A stretch of DNA of 64,000 nucleotides, taken from NCBI GenBank assembly GCA_963702895.1, contig OY969767.1, forward strand, positions 832,001 to 896,000. The letters run 5' to 3'. Under the pieces are notes generated by a model. It saw only the letters and a program-made list of their open reading frames with translations, had not been told where the DNA came from and searched no databases. Origin of the DNA: an uncultured Elusimicrobia bacterium. GTDB lineage: Bacteria; Elusimicrobiota; Elusimicrobia; 2-01-FULL-59-12. The position numbers and the translations under genes are program-made. Shown piece by piece: positions 41,631 through 54,609 of this stretch; within the stretch, counting starts at the first letter, position 1, and every line of letters begins with the position of its first letter.

Positions 41631-41752
41631 GGCGTCATTCTACAACAAGGACCCGGAGGTGTACTACCGCTTGTTGAAAGACTATGCACAACCCCCATCC
41701 GTAGTGTCAAAAATTTGCATTCTTTCGACTGAATTGCTAACCTTTTGCCGCT

Positions 41753-44700
41753 GTGCGATTGAAACGCCTTGAGATGGTCGGCTTCAAATCTTTCGCGGAC
41801 AAAACCCGCATGGAGTTTGAACCCGGAATTACCGCGGTCGTGGGCCCCAACGGCTGCGGGAAATCCAATATTTCCGATTCGATTCGCTGGGCGCTCGGTG
41901 AGATGTCTGCCAAATCGCTCCGCAGCCAGCATATGATGGACGTGATTTTTAATGGCACGGCCACCCGGCCGGCTCTGGGGATGTCGGAAGTCTCCCTCAC
42001 GTTCGACAATACCGTACGGCAAATCCCCATCGATTATACGGAAGTCACCATTTCTCGGCGCCTCTTCCGGTCCGGTGAATCCGAATATTTCATCAACAAG
42101 ACGCAGTGCCGATTGAAGGACCTGCGTGATCTCTTTTTAGATACAGGCGTCGGCAACGACGGCTATTACGCCATGGCGCAGGGCAAGATGGAATTTATCC
42201 TCTCCGCCAAGCCTGAAGAGCGCCGTGAACTCTTTGAGGAAGCCGCGGGTGTTTCCAAATACAAGGTGCGCCGCGAAGAGGCGCTCCGCAAGCTCGCCAA
42301 AGTGGAGCAAGACATGCTCCGCTTAAATGACTCCTTGGCGATCTATAAACAACAGATGGACGGCCTTGAAGCGGCCGTGCGCAAGGCCAGGCAGCACCAG
42401 AAGTTGCAGGACGAGCTCAAAAAGCTGGACATCGCCTCACTCCTCCAAAGTTTTCAGAGGGCGAAAGCCGAGTGGGAAACCCTGCGCGCCCGGCAGGAAG
42501 AAGACGCCGCCAGGGTGAACGGATTGCGGGAGGAACTCAAGGCGGAGGAGATGGGCCTGAGCCAAGCGCGAACGCGCGCCGAGCAATTTGAGGAAGAAGT
42601 GATTCAACTGCAGCGGCAGCTTTCCCAGTTCGAGAGCGACTGGGCCAAAGCCGAAGCGGAGAGGGCTTCCGCGCAGGAGCGTGAGAAAGAGCTCACGGAG
42701 TCGCAGAAGCGTTTAGGCCAGGAATCGAAAGAGATCGCGCGGCTCCAGGGAGAATGGCGGGGAACGCACTCCGCGCTCGAGGCGGAAGTATCCGGGGTCC
42801 GTGCCCAATTTCACGAGAAAAACGATGCTTATCGCGCAGAAGAGGAACAAGGTCGTGACGAACAGGGCGCTCTTCTTGGCCTGCAAAAAGAGATGGAGCA
42901 AGCCAAGGCCAGGCTTCTCGAGCTCATGCGGCTGATCAGTCATCATCGCAATGAGGCGGTGCGTCTGAGTTCGCTTGCGGTACGCCATGAGGAGGCCTCG
43001 AAGGCCAAAGACCGTGAGCTTGAAAAAATACGACAGCGGGCCCGTATCGCGCAGGAACAGATCGACGTGCAAGAAAAGCAAGCCAGAGAGGCCGAGGGGA
43101 AATTCAAAGAAGCCGAGCGTGCTTTGGCGGACCTTGAACGGCGGCGTCAGGCGGACCAGAAGGCATGGCTCGAGCTTGAGCGGTCGGTTCAGGACGCTCG
43201 CGAACGCCTGGCGCGCCTTGAAGCAGAAAAAACTTCACTGGAGCGCTGGCTCAGTAAAGACCCGGTCACGATGGCGGCCGCTTCTTTGCGAGCTGCCTCG
43301 CTGCCTGGCCTGCACGGGCCGGTGCGTCTCCTCTTGCGCACGAGCGGTCCCTACGAGCGGCTCCTGAAGCGCGCTCTGGGTGATCGGGCCGACTACTTTG
43401 TGGCGGACACCTTGAACGATGCCCAAGCGGCCATCCGCTATCTCTCGGAGGAGCGCAAAGGCTGGGCGACTTTCTTTGTGCTGGACCGGCTTTCCCTCGA
43501 TGAACATCTGATGGCCCTGAGTGAAACCTCCGGCACGAGGTCGCTCGCCGAAGTGGTGGAATGCGAAGAGCGCTTCCGGCCACTTCTGCGCTTTTTGTTG
43601 GGCCGGACGTTTTATTTGGGGGAGACGCTTTTCGAAGAAGCCCTCTTGCGTGGCGGCGCAGATCCTGTCACGGAAGCCTTCCAAGCAACACCGGCCGATC
43701 TGGCCCGTCTAGAGCAGGAGCTGCAGGGCCTCAGACGATGGCTGGAGACCTCCCTCGCTCAGCGGGAGCTTTTGCAAAAAACCGCGGCGGAGACCGCCGC
43801 CGAGCAAGGGACACTCGCGGACCAAGAAAGAAAGGCCCAGGTCCAAGCGCAAGTCCAGGAGGAAAATCTCGCCCGCCTTCGCGAGGGTCTGGAGCTGACG
43901 CAAACAGAAGAAAGACTTTTGGTCAGAGAAAAGGAAGAGGCGCAATCCGCGATTGTCCATACCCAGGAAACGCTCCAGCATGAAGAGGTCCTTTTGACGA
44001 AGCTCGAAGAGGAGGAGAACTCCCTTCAGCAGTCTTTCCAGACGCAGGACAGCGCTTTGCAGGAGCGAAGGCAGGTCGTTCAGGCCCATCTCGCACAGAT
44101 CTCCCAGCTCCGGCTGGAAGCAGAGACCATGAGGGAGCGCTTGCTGGGCAAAGAGCGGGAAGCAGACAACGCTAAGAGCAGGCTCGATGCCTTTGTGGAC
44201 CGCGCCTCCCAGATCCAGCAGGAGCAGGCCGAAATCCAGACCCGTCTTGGTCATCTCGCCCGGACCCAGAAAGAAAAATCGCAACAGTTGAAGTCCCTTG
44301 GGCAGGCCAAAGAAGTGCAAAGCCAAAAACTTTCGACCTCTCTGGAAGAGCGACAAACCCTGCAAGCGAAGCTCCATGCGCAGGAAGAGCAATTGATCGG
44401 CCGAAGGCAGAGTTTAGAAGAGGCCCAAGCGAAGGCCCAGGAAGCGGAGTTTCAAACCCGGGTTCTCGATCAAGATCGTGCCCGCTTTGAGCAGACCCTT
44501 TTCGAGACCTACCAGCTCAAGATCGAAGACGCGAGCGCGACCCATGGTGAAGTCCAGGTTGACGCGGAGGAACTGGCCCGCATCAAACGGAGGCTTGAAG
44601 CCATGGGCCCCGTGAACCTGGCCGCTCCAGAAGAACATGCGCAGCTCGAAGAACGCTATCAATTCCTGCAAACCCAGCAGCAAGACCTCCTCAAAGCCAA

Positions 44701-45229
44701 AGATGATTTGCATCAGGCCATCGCCAAGATCAACACGACGACTCGCGAACAGTTTAGGTTGACCTTTGAGGAAGTCCGCAAGAACTTCCGCCTTCTTTTT
44801 CAGACGCTCTTTCAGGGCGGGGAAGCTGACGTGGTCTTAACGGATGAGCATAACCTTCTTGAGACGGGCATCGAAATCTATGCACAACCGCCAGGCAAGA
44901 AACTTCAAAACATTACGCTCTTGTCGGGCGGCGAAAGAGCGCTCACGGCGATCGCAGTCCTGTTTGCGTTTTTTATGGTGAAGCCCAGCCCCTTCTGTAT
45001 TCTGGACGAAGTCGATGCGCCTTTGGATGAGGCCAACGTCGGACGTTTCATTCGTTTGGTGAAAGAGTTCTCACAGAAAACGCAATTCATTATCATCACG
45101 CACAACAAAAGCACAATGGAGCTGGCGGACGTCCTCCATGGCGTGACCATGGCCCAGCTTGGTGTCTCAAGCCTCATTTCGATGAAGCTCGCCTCTGCTC
45201 CCCCTGCCCCTGAGCCCGTGGCGGCCTAG
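41753..45229 (+). CDS. smc: Chromosome segregation protein SMC
   Basis: GFKSF, GPNGCGKSN, coiled coils, LLSGGE, LDEVDAPLD, IITH. Confidence 0.95.
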   Translation: MRLKRLEMVGFKSFADKTRMEFEPGITAVVGPNGCGKSNISDSIRWALGEMSAKSLRSQHMMDVIFNGTATRPALGMSEVSLTFDNTVRQIPIDYTEVTISRRLFRSGESEYFINKTQCRLKDLRDLFLDTGVGNDGYYAMAQGKMEFILSAKPEERRELFEEAAGVSKYKVRREEALRKLAKVEQDMLRLNDSLAIYKQQMDGLEAAVRKARQHQKLQDELKKLDIASLLQSFQRAKAEWETLRARQEEDAARVNGLREELKAEEMGLSQARTRAEQFEEEVIQLQRQLSQFESDWAKAEAERASAQEREKELTESQKRLGQESKEIARLQGEWRGTHSALEAEVSGVRAQFHEKNDAYRAEEEQGRDEQGALLGLQKEMEQAKARLLELMRLISHHRNEAVRLSSLAVRHEEASKAKDRELEKIRQRARIAQEQIDVQEKQAREAEGKFKEAERALADLERRRQADQKAWLELERSVQDARERLARLEAEKTSLERWLSKDPVTMAAASLRAASLPGLHGPVRLLLRTSGPYERLLKRALGDRADYFVADTLNDAQAAIRYLSEERKGWATFFVLDRLSLDEHLMALSETSGTRSLAEVVECEERFRPLLRFLLGRTFYLGETLFEEALLRGGADPVTEAFQATPADLARLEQELQGLRRWLETSLAQRELLQKTAAETAAEQGTLADQERKAQVQAQVQEENLARLREGLELTQTEERLLVREKEEAQSAIVHTQETLQHEEVLLTKLEEEENSLQQSFQTQDSALQERRQVVQAHLAQISQLRLEAETMRERLLGKEREADNAKSRLDAFVDRASQIQQEQAEIQTRLGHLARTQKEKSQQLKSLGQAKEVQSQKLSTSLEERQTLQAKLHAQEEQLIGRRQSLEEAQAKAQEAEFQTRVLDQDRARFEQTLFETYQLKIEDASATHGEVQVDAEELARIKRRLEAMGPVNLAAPEEHAQLEERYQFLQTQQQDLLKAKDDLHQAIAKINTTTREQFRLTFEEVRKNFRLLFQTLFQGGEADVVLTDEHNLLETGIEIYAQPPGKKLQNITLLSGGERALTAIAVLFAFFMVKPSPFCILDEVDAPLDEANVGRFIRLVKEFSQKTQFIIITHNKSTMELADVLHGVTMAQLGVSSLISMKLASAPPAPEPVAA

Positions 45230-45236
45230 CCTTTCC

Positions 45237-46004
45237 ATGGGGCCTGGCCCTTCCTCTCGACTCCAAATCCTGGGCAGCCGGGTCGATTTTATTACGCTCG
45301 ATCAGGCCCTCGAGGCAATCGACCGCTACGTCCAGTCCGGCCGTCCCCATCACATCATTACCGGTAATACCCTCATGATGCTCGAGGCGCAAAAAGATCC
45401 GGAACTCCGGCGAATCCTCGAAAAGGCCTCCCTCGTGGTCCCAGAGTCTTCGGGGGTTTTGTGGGCTTGCCGCGTGATGGGGGTGCCTCTCGAGGATTTC
45501 ACACCGGGCATCGATCTCCTGCTGGCGATTTGCCGGATCGCGCAGCAGAGGGGCTATCCTGTGTATCTTCTGGGCTCATCGCAGGACGTCGTGCACGGAG
45601 CAGGCGAAGAACTGCTGCGTCTCTATCCTGGGCTCAACATGGCGGGGACGCACCACGGTTTCTTTTCTGAAGAGGAAGTGCCTTCTCTTCTCGAGGCCCT
45701 CCACCAGGCCCGGCCTGCGCTGCTCTTTGTGGGCATGGGAATGCCCCTGCAGGAAAAGTGGATCGCGCGGCATCTTACGTCCCTGGGCGTGCCCGTGGTG
45801 ATGGGTGTCGGCGGAAGTTTTGATGTCCTTTCCGGGAAACTCTGGCGCGCGCCGTCCGTCGTGCGCCGGGCCGGCATGGAGTGGCTCTTTCGGCTCGCCC
45901 AGGAGCCTTGGCGCTGGCGTCGGATTGCCCGACTTCCTGTCTTTGCCTGGAAAGTCATACGGGAACGTCAACGTCCCCACATATCCTTTCATCCGCAAGG
46001 ATAG
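45237..46004 (+). CDS. WecB/TagA/CpsF-family glycosyltransferase
   Basis: GIDL, YLLG, HHGFF, VGMGMP.QE.W, GVGGSFD, RAP...GMEWLFRL..EPWRWRR. Confidence 0.9.
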   Translation: MGPGPSSRLQILGSRVDFITLDQALEAIDRYVQSGRPHHIITGNTLMMLEAQKDPELRRILEKASLVVPESSGVLWACRVMGVPLEDFTPGIDLLLAICRIAQQRGYPVYLLGSSQDVVHGAGEELLRLYPGLNMAGTHHGFFSEEEVPSLLEALHQARPALLFVGMGMPLQEKWIARHLTSLGVPVVMGVGGSFDVLSGKLWRAPSVVRRAGMEWLFRLAQEPWRWRRIARLPVFAWKVIRERQRPHISFHPQG

Positions 46005-46008
46005 TGGC

Positions 46009-46535
46009 ATGCAACACGATACGCTCAAACGTTCCACCACGCTGGGCGTTGAGCTTGGTTCTTCCGCCAAGATCGTCCGGCAAGCTTATCTTGATCTCCT
46101 GTCGAGGTGGGATCCCGAAACACACGTCTGATCCCTCCTAACCCCCGAAACTGCAGTTGTCGTCACCCCGGCACGTCGTAAGCCGGGGTCTATCACCGTC
46201 GACAAAAGTCTGATGGATCCCCCACTTACGACCGTGGGGGATGACGGCACAAAAAAGTCTCGACATCTCAGTCGATAAAGAACGTTTAACAGAACTTTTT
46301 CGGCTAATACAAGCCACGGTTTACGCGCGATTTTGGAGAGCTTTCTGTCAAGCCAAAATCTGAAGTGAGTGGGCTGGTGGTGGGGATTTTCGCGGCGCTG
46401 GCCATCCTTTCGGTGATTGCTTTTTCGGTGCGCCTCTTTAAATTGGGGAAATCTGTGACGCCCCCCGCCAGCCCAGGCGGTTGCGGAGGGAGAATCGTTT
46501 TCCTGCGCAGGTTTTTCGGTCCACCTGTCGTATAA
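46009..46535 (+). pseudogene. Degraded J-domain plus TM protein interrupted by MITE copy 2
   Basis: LGVELGSSAKIVRQAYLDLLSRWDPE (J-domain-like, HPD lost) then stop; hydrophobic GLVVGIFAALAILSVIAFSV after the element. Confidence 0.45.
46139..46306 (+). mobile_element. MITE-like element, copy 2
   Basis: Highly similar to 59952-60118; TA...TA ends; internal double hairpin. Confidence 0.8.
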
Positions 46536-46543
46536 TAACCACC

Positions 46544-47509
46544 ATGTCTATCGACGAGAAATGGATGCGCCGGGCCCTGCTGCTCGCTCGTCAGGGCGCG
46601 GGGCACGTCCACCCCAACCCCATGGTGGGGGCTGTGCTCGTTCGCGCCGGCCAACGGGTCGGGGAAGGCTGCCATCGGCGTTACGGTGGCCCTCATGCGG
46701 AGGCCGAGGCCCTTCGTCGTGCCGGAGCGCGCGCCGGAGGGAGTACGCTCTATGTGACGCTCGAGCCCTGCTCGCACTGGGGGAAAACGCCTCCTTGCGC
46801 CGAAGCCGTTGTCCGCGCGGGGATTCGGCGCGTGGTCGCCGCCATGCGTGATCCCCATCCTCTGGTTGCCGGCAAAGGGTTGCGCTTTCTGCGTTCCCGC
46901 GGCATTCGTGTCAGCACCGGCCTTCTTCGCCGGGAAGCGGAGCACCTGAACCGGGCATACCTCGTTCGGGTCAAAGAGGGCAGGCCCTATGTCACACTCA
47001 AGATCGCCAGTTCCCTGGATGGGCGAATGGCCACGGTGACGGGGCAGTCCCGGTGGATCACAAGCCCCGCCTCCCGGCGCGCGGGGCACAGACTGCGCGC
47101 CAGGGTGGACGCGATTGCCGTTGGCGCGGGCACCGTTTTGATGGATGATCCTGAGCTCACGACGCACGGCCTGGGCCGCAACCCTGTCCGCATCGTCTTT
47201 TCAGGACGAAGAAGGCTCCCCGGACGTCTGAAAATATTTAATCAGGCTGCCCCGACCTGGAGGATGGAGCAGGTGACGGGCAAAGCAGGACTCACCCGAG
47301 CCATGCGGGACCTTGCCGCCAGAGGAATCACGCATCTTCTGGTGGAAGGCGGCGCGAAGCTCCAACGCTCCTTTCTGGAGGCGGGTCTGGTCGATGAGGT
47401 GGTCTGTTTTATCGCCCCCCTGATCATCGGCCCGGCCAGACGACTGCGGGACGCGCTCCGCATCAAGGGTATGAACGATCACTGTTTGCAAGGGGAGGTG
47501 AAGCGCTAG
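46544..47509 (+). CDS. ribD: Riboflavin biosynthesis deaminase/reductase
   Basis: PNPMVG, HAE, TLEPCSHWGKTPPC, SLDG, VEGG. Confidence 0.94.
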   Translation: MSIDEKWMRRALLLARQGAGHVHPNPMVGAVLVRAGQRVGEGCHRRYGGPHAEAEALRRAGARAGGSTLYVTLEPCSHWGKTPPCAEAVVRAGIRRVVAAMRDPHPLVAGKGLRFLRSRGIRVSTGLLRREAEHLNRAYLVRVKEGRPYVTLKIASSLDGRMATVTGQSRWITSPASRRAGHRLRARVDAIAVGAGTVLMDDPELTTHGLGRNPVRIVFSGRRRLPGRLKIFNQAAPTWRMEQVTGKAGLTRAMRDLAARGITHLLVEGGAKLQRSFLEAGLVDEVVCFIAPLIIGPARRLRDALRIKGMNDHCLQGEVKR

Positions 47510-48120
47510 TGTTTACAGGTCTCATTCAGGCCATTGGTAAAGTGATAAAATACGACGGAAATCGGTTGTGGCTCGCTGTTCCCTTCCGAAATCTCCGTGT
47601 GGGTGAAAGCATTGCGGTCGATGGCGTTTGTCTGACCATCGCCGCAAGAAAGAAATCAAACTTTGCCTTTGATCTTGGCAAAGAGACGCAGCGGATTACG
47701 ACACTGGGGTCCTTGAAAGCAGGGGACCGGATGAACCTCGAGCGCGCGCTGCGTGTCGGGGACCGGCTGGGCGGGCATTGGGTGAGCGGTCACGTGGAGC
47801 AAACCGGGAAGATTCTTCGAGTGCGGCGCGGGCGGCAAAACTGGTGGTTCACATTTCGTGTTCCCGCCAAGATCCGGCGCTACATGATCACCAAGGGCAG
47901 TGTCGCGATCGATGGGATTAGCCTCACGATTGCACGCCTTCGGGGAGACGCGATCAACATCATGATTATTCCGCATACGCTCACGCATACAACCCTCGGG
48001 AGAAAGAAGGCCGGAGACTCTGTGAATATCGAACCTGACCTTCTCGCGAAATACGTCCTGGGCGAATCGGTGATGCGCCGACTCGCCGGTTCCCCGTCTC
48101 GCCGGTCCGGGGGGGCATGA
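47509..48120 (+). CDS. ribE: Riboflavin synthase (alpha chain)
   Basis: [30 protein letters not shown]. Confidence 0.93.
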   Translation: MFTGLIQAIGKVIKYDGNRLWLAVPFRNLRVGESIAVDGVCLTIAARKKSNFAFDLGKETQRITTLGSLKAGDRMNLERALRVGDRLGGHWVSGHVEQTGKILRVRRGRQNWWFTFRVPAKIRRYMITKGSVAIDGISLTIARLRGDAINIMIIPHTLTHTTLGRKKAGDSVNIEPDLLAKYVLGESVMRRLAGSPSRRSGGA

Positions 48121-49331
48121 TGTCCTTCGCGAGCATTCCAGAAGCCGTACGCGATATCAAACACGGGAAACTCGTGATTGTGGTCGATGATCCGGACCGC
48201 GAAAACGAGGGCGACCTGATTTGCGCGGCCTCCAAAGTGACCCCGGAGCTCATCAACTTTATGGCCAAGTACGGCCGGGGCCTCATCTGCCTGCCTGTCC
48301 TGGGAAAGCAGCTCGACAAACTCCATGTCGCGCCCATGGTGGAAAACAATCAGGAAGTGCGTGACGCCGCCTTCACGGTCTCGGTGGACGCGAAAAAATG
48401 CGTGACGACGGGGGTCTCCGCGGCGGACCGCGCGCGCACCATCCGAACGCTGATTCATCCCCGGACGCGCCCGGCGGACCTCGCGCGTCCCGGGCATATC
48501 TTTCCGCTCCGCTACCGGGAAGGAGGGGTCCTGGTGCGCGCCGGACATACGGAAGCGGCGGTGGATCTCGCCAAAATGGCGGGGCTCTATCCCGCCGGCG
48601 TCATCTGTGAAATCATGAATGAGGACGGCACGATGGCGCGGATGCCCGAGCTCAAGCGCTTCGCGCTCAGGCACCGCCTGAACATGATCACGATTTCCGC
48701 ACTCATTGAGTACCGGCGCCGCCATGAGCGGCTCGTTCAGCGGTCCGTGAGCGCGCGTCTTCCCACCCGGTTCGGGAAATTTGCCTTGCACCTTTATGAG
48801 GACGCCCTGAACCGTGAGCATCACCTCGCCATCGTCTGCGGGGACGTCGCGGGCAAAAAGGACGTGCTCGTGCGCGTCCACTCCTCCTGCTTCACAGGAG
48901 ACACGCTGTGTTCCCTGCGATGCGATTGTGGAGAACAGCTTCATAAGGCCCTGGAACGCATCGGCCAGGAAGGCCGCGGGGTCGTCCTGTATATGCACCA
49001 GGAAGGCCGCGGGATTGGCCTGGAAAACAAGCTTCGCGCCTACGCCCTTCAGGACCAGGGCATGGATACCGTGGAAGCCAACGCCGCTCTCGGATTCAAA
49101 CCGGACCTTCGCCATTACGGAATCGGCGCACAGATCCTGGTGGATCTGGGTTTAAGCTCGATCCGCCTCATGACCAACAATCCCAGGAAAATCGTGGGCA
49201 TTGAGGGCTACGGGCTTAAGGTCAGCCGGCGAGTGCCGCTGGAGATCCCTCCCAACCAGGCGAACCAGGGGTATCTGAAAACAAAAAAAGATAAACTAGG
49301 ACACATCCTGGAACAACTCTCGATTCCATAA
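48117..49331 (+). CDS. ribBA: DHBP synthase / GTP cyclohydrolase II
   Basis: DRENEGD, RAGHTEA, RVHSSC, RCDCG, QEGRGIG, TNNPRK. Confidence 0.95.
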   Translation: MMSFASIPEAVRDIKHGKLVIVVDDPDRENEGDLICAASKVTPELINFMAKYGRGLICLPVLGKQLDKLHVAPMVENNQEVRDAAFTVSVDAKKCVTTGVSAADRARTIRTLIHPRTRPADLARPGHIFPLRYREGGVLVRAGHTEAAVDLAKMAGLYPAGVICEIMNEDGTMARMPELKRFALRHRLNMITISALIEYRRRHERLVQRSVSARLPTRFGKFALHLYEDALNREHHLAIVCGDVAGKKDVLVRVHSSCFTGDTLCSLRCDCGEQLHKALERIGQEGRGVVLYMHQEGRGIGLENKLRAYALQDQGMDTVEANAALGFKPDLRHYGIGAQILVDLGLSSIRLMTNNPRKIVGIEGYGLKVSRRVPLEIPPNQANQGYLKTKKDKLGHILEQLSIP

Positions 49332-49832
49332 TGGTCTCCACGAAATCGAAAACACCACTTTCCAAAGACGCCGCCAAGGGCAAGCGTTTTGCCCTGGTGG
49401 TGTCCCGTTATCATGAGGAACTCACGCGGGAGCTCCAGGAGGGCGCGGTCCGCTCCCTGGCGGCCCTGGGCGCCAGCGCCGACGACATCGTGACCTACTG
49501 GACGCCCGGCGCCTTTGAGATCCCCACAGCCGCTCGCGCGGTGAGCCAGCATCAGAGCGTCGACGCCATCATCTGTCTCGGTGTGATCCTGAAGGGTGAG
49601 ACGCCTCATAACGAGATTCTCGCGCGTGAAGTCGCCCGGGGGATCAGTCAGATTCATGCGGCGACAGGCATCCCAGTGACCTTCGGTGTTTTGACCCCCA
49701 ACACGCTCGAGCAAGCCAAAGCCCGTTGCGGGGGGGACAAAGGAAACAAGGGCGCTGAGGCGGCGGAAGCCGCCGTCGCGATGGTCCAACTTTTGGCGGA
49801 GATCAAAGAAGGGGCGAAGAAGCAGGGACACA

Positions 49833-49846
<14 letters not shown>
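49331..49846 (+). CDS. ribH: 6,7-dimethyl-8-ribityllumazine synthase
   Basis: PGAFEIP, LGVILKGETPH, FGVLT, NKGAEAA. Confidence 0.94.
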
Positions 49847-52251
<2,405 letters not shown>

Positions 52252-52254
<3 letters not shown>

Positions 52255-52329
52255 CGGGCTGCCGAAAAACCTTTGTAAGGACGTCATTGCGAGGAGTCGC
52301 CAGACTTCTGGCGGGGACGAAGCAATCTC
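52252..52329 (+). repeat. Truncated RPE-like palindromic element
   Basis: TAGCGGGCTGCCGAAAAA (includes ligA stop) then GTCATTGCGAGGAG..GACGAAGCAATCTC with inner hairpin CGCCAGA-CT-TCTGGCG; partner half not seen. Confidence 0.55.
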
Positions 52330-52605
52330 GCTAACTACCTGCCGGACCTGAGCACCGACAGGTTGCTTGAGGCGACTGGAGGTGCAGTCCCTGCACCCGC
52401 AGGGAGACAGGGACGTGCTTTAAGAATGCTTGGAAGCACAAGTTTCTCATTTCCAACGACAGATGAAATCTAGCGGGGCTAAGTCCGATTCCCCATGGAC
52501 AAGCAGTGTTGGCCCGGAGCTAAATATCAAACAACGAGCTGTTTTCACGATCTGTTTATCGTGTAGTGAGGGAGACCCAGCGATGTTGGGTCTTGCGTAG
52601 GCGAT

Positions 52606-52631
52606 ATATCAATGATATCAATATGCTAGCA
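52606..52631. promoter_or_regulatory. Candidate operator for the downstream RHH protein
   Basis: TGATATCA (52613-52620) and TGCTAGCA (52624-52631) palindromes 11 bp apart; ATATCAAT direct repeats. Confidence 0.5.
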
Positions 52632-52677
52632 TGTGATCTGGCGGAAATTGATAACGATGATATGAACGGAGGCGGCC

Positions 52678-53550
52678 ATGTCCAGAGAAATAACGCGAAC
52701 GGTAACAAGTGGGTGGAATATGTTGTTCATAACGATCCTGCTCTTTGGAGGAGGCGTCAGCTGTTTAATCGTAACAACAGTGGTCCCGCAATGGACCGTA
52801 TTATTGATCCTGGTGGGATTGTTCCTTCTCCTGGGTGGATGGTTTATGTGCACCGGTTATTTCACGCTTCAGCCGAACGAAGCAGGGGTCATGCTGCTTT
52901 TCGGTGAATACAAAGGTACGGCCCGTGGAGAAGGTTTCGGGTGGGCCAATCCACTATACACGGTCAGGAAGATTTCGCTCCGTGCCCGTAATTTCAACGG
53001 AGAAAAGCTGAAGGTGAATGATAAGGCCGGTAATCCGATCGAGATCGCGGCGGTTGTTGTATGGCATGTGAAGGATACCGCCAGAGCTGTGTTTGATGTC
53101 GATAGCTATACGGACTACGTTGCGATTCAAAGCGAGACGGCTGTGCGTCACCTGGCAAGTTCCTATGCCTACGATAACACGGAGAACGAGGTTTCCCTGC
53201 GGGGGGGTCTAAACGAAGTCACAGAGACGCTCCGGAAAGAATTGCAACAGCGTTTCGATATGGCCGGTGTTCAAGTCGATGAAGCGCGTTTAACACACCT
53301 TGCCTATGCGCCCGAGATCGCCCAGGCGATGCTGCGTCGTCAGCAGGCAGAAGCGGTCATAGCGGCCCGTGAAAAGATTGTGCACGGAGCCGTCAGCATG
53401 GTGGATATGGCGCTTAAGGAACTCGCGACAAAACAAGTGCTTCATTTAGACGAAGAACGTAAGGCCGCGATGGTCAGCAACTTACTGGTGGTCCTTTGCG
53501 CGGAATCAGAAGCACAGCCGGTCATCAATACGGGGACGCTGTACACGTAA
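52678..53550 (+). CDS. SPFH (band 7) domain membrane protein
   Basis: Two N-terminal TMs, [41 protein letters not shown]. Confidence 0.9.
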   Translation: MSREITRTVTSGWNMLFITILLFGGGVSCLIVTTVVPQWTVLLILVGLFLLLGGWFMCTGYFTLQPNEAGVMLLFGEYKGTARGEGFGWANPLYTVRKISLRARNFNGEKLKVNDKAGNPIEIAAVVVWHVKDTARAVFDVDSYTDYVAIQSETAVRHLASSYAYDNTENEVSLRGGLNEVTETLRKELQQRFDMAGVQVDEARLTHLAYAPEIAQAMLRRQQAEAVIAAREKIVHGAVSMVDMALKELATKQVLHLDEERKAAMVSNLLVVLCAESEAQPVINTGTLYT

Positions 53551-53581
53551 CGTTCGCAAGAATGGAACCGTGGGGGGGCTG

Positions 53582-53779
53582 ATGGCTGAACGTAAACCAT
53601 TTCTGCTGCGTGTCGATGAGGAGTTATGGAAAGAGCTCTGCTCCTGGGCTGAGCAGGAACTTCGCAGCGCCAACGGCCAGATCGAATGGATCTTGCGCGA
53701 AGCGGTGAAACAGCGAAAAAAGAGCGGCGCGACAAATGTCTCGACAGGGAAGTCAAAGGCGGATTACAAGGCAGCCTGA
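53582..53779 (+). CDS. Arc-like ribbon-helix-helix DNA-binding protein
   Basis: KPFLLRVD.......WA..ELRSANGQIE. Confidence 0.85.
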   Translation: MAERKPFLLRVDEELWKELCSWAEQELRSANGQIEWILREAVKQRKKSGATNVSTGKSKADYKAA

Positions 53780-53787
53780 CCGGGCTG

Positions 53788-54609
53788 ATGGAGATGGATG
53801 TGGATCACCTCACTGAATGGCAACGGCAAGAATTCATGAGTCGGAAACGGAAGGCGCTCCTTGCTTTCATTCCCGTCTTTCTAATACTCCCCCTAGGGTC
53901 AGTGATTGTGGTCATTCGTCCTAAATTCATTCCAGACTTACAAATGTTAGGCCTGTGGATTTGTATTGCGTTTTTCCTGAGCGGTATTTGGACGGCACTT
54001 TCGTACAAGAGGTTGCTGAAGTGCCCCGCCTGTGGGAATCGTTTGCCAAGCCTGAATGAAGAGTCCTGCCCTTCTTGTCAAATCTGGTTTCGTTCACGAA
54101 CGGAGTTTCGCTCGATCAGATCTGCTGATCGGAGCAACATAAAACCGTGGAAGCCCGAACCTGAACTTCGAGGACCACCTCCCCGCAAACTTCAAAAGAA
54201 AGGCTTCTCAACTCTTTGGGTGATAGTCTTCGTTATCAGTTCCTTGGTTTTCGGATTCTGGGTCTATTCCGGTTCGTCTCCCTTTCATCTTCAAATCGAA
54301 GCCTTTGTATATGTCAGCATGGGTCCTTTCCTATTGATCATCAATTTCCTTGTATCGCAAAAAGTGCGCCGTATTATGATTCGAGGGAAAGTTGTTCCTG
54401 CGACTGTATATAGAATCGTAAGAAAAACAGGTTTCAACAGAGCTTACCTAACCTATGAGTCCGATGGATGCGTTTTCAAGGTTGAGTGTCCGATGGACCC
54501 CAAGTCACTCCTAACGGCAGGAGAGGTTGTGAGCATTCTTGTTGATCCAAGCAACCCCCAATTCGCGATTATCTACGGCGAAGCGCCTTATAGAGTCGTT
54601 TGTGTGTGA
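53788..54609 (+). CDS. Hypothetical membrane protein with zinc ribbon and DUF3592-like C-terminus
   Basis: Four TM-like segments; CPACG..CPSC; GEVVSILVDPSNP; visibly more AT-rich. Confidence 0.65.
   Translation: MEMDVDHLTEWQRQEFMSRKRKALLAFIPVFLILPLGSVIVVIRPKFIPDLQMLGLWICIAFFLSGIWTALSYKRLLKCPACGNRLPSLNEESCPSCQIWFRSRTEFRSIRSADRSNIKPWKPEPELRGPPPRKLQKKGFSTLWVIVFVISSLVFGFWVYSGSSPFHLQIEAFVYVSMGPFLLIINFLVSQKVRRIMIRGKVVPATVYRIVRKTGFNRAYLTYESDGCVFKVECPMDPKSLLTAGEVVSILVDPSNPQFAIIYGEAPYRVVCV

Noticed and set aside
52330..52600. Possible ncRNA after ligA
   Set aside because: Only scattered short hairpins; no recognisable family motif
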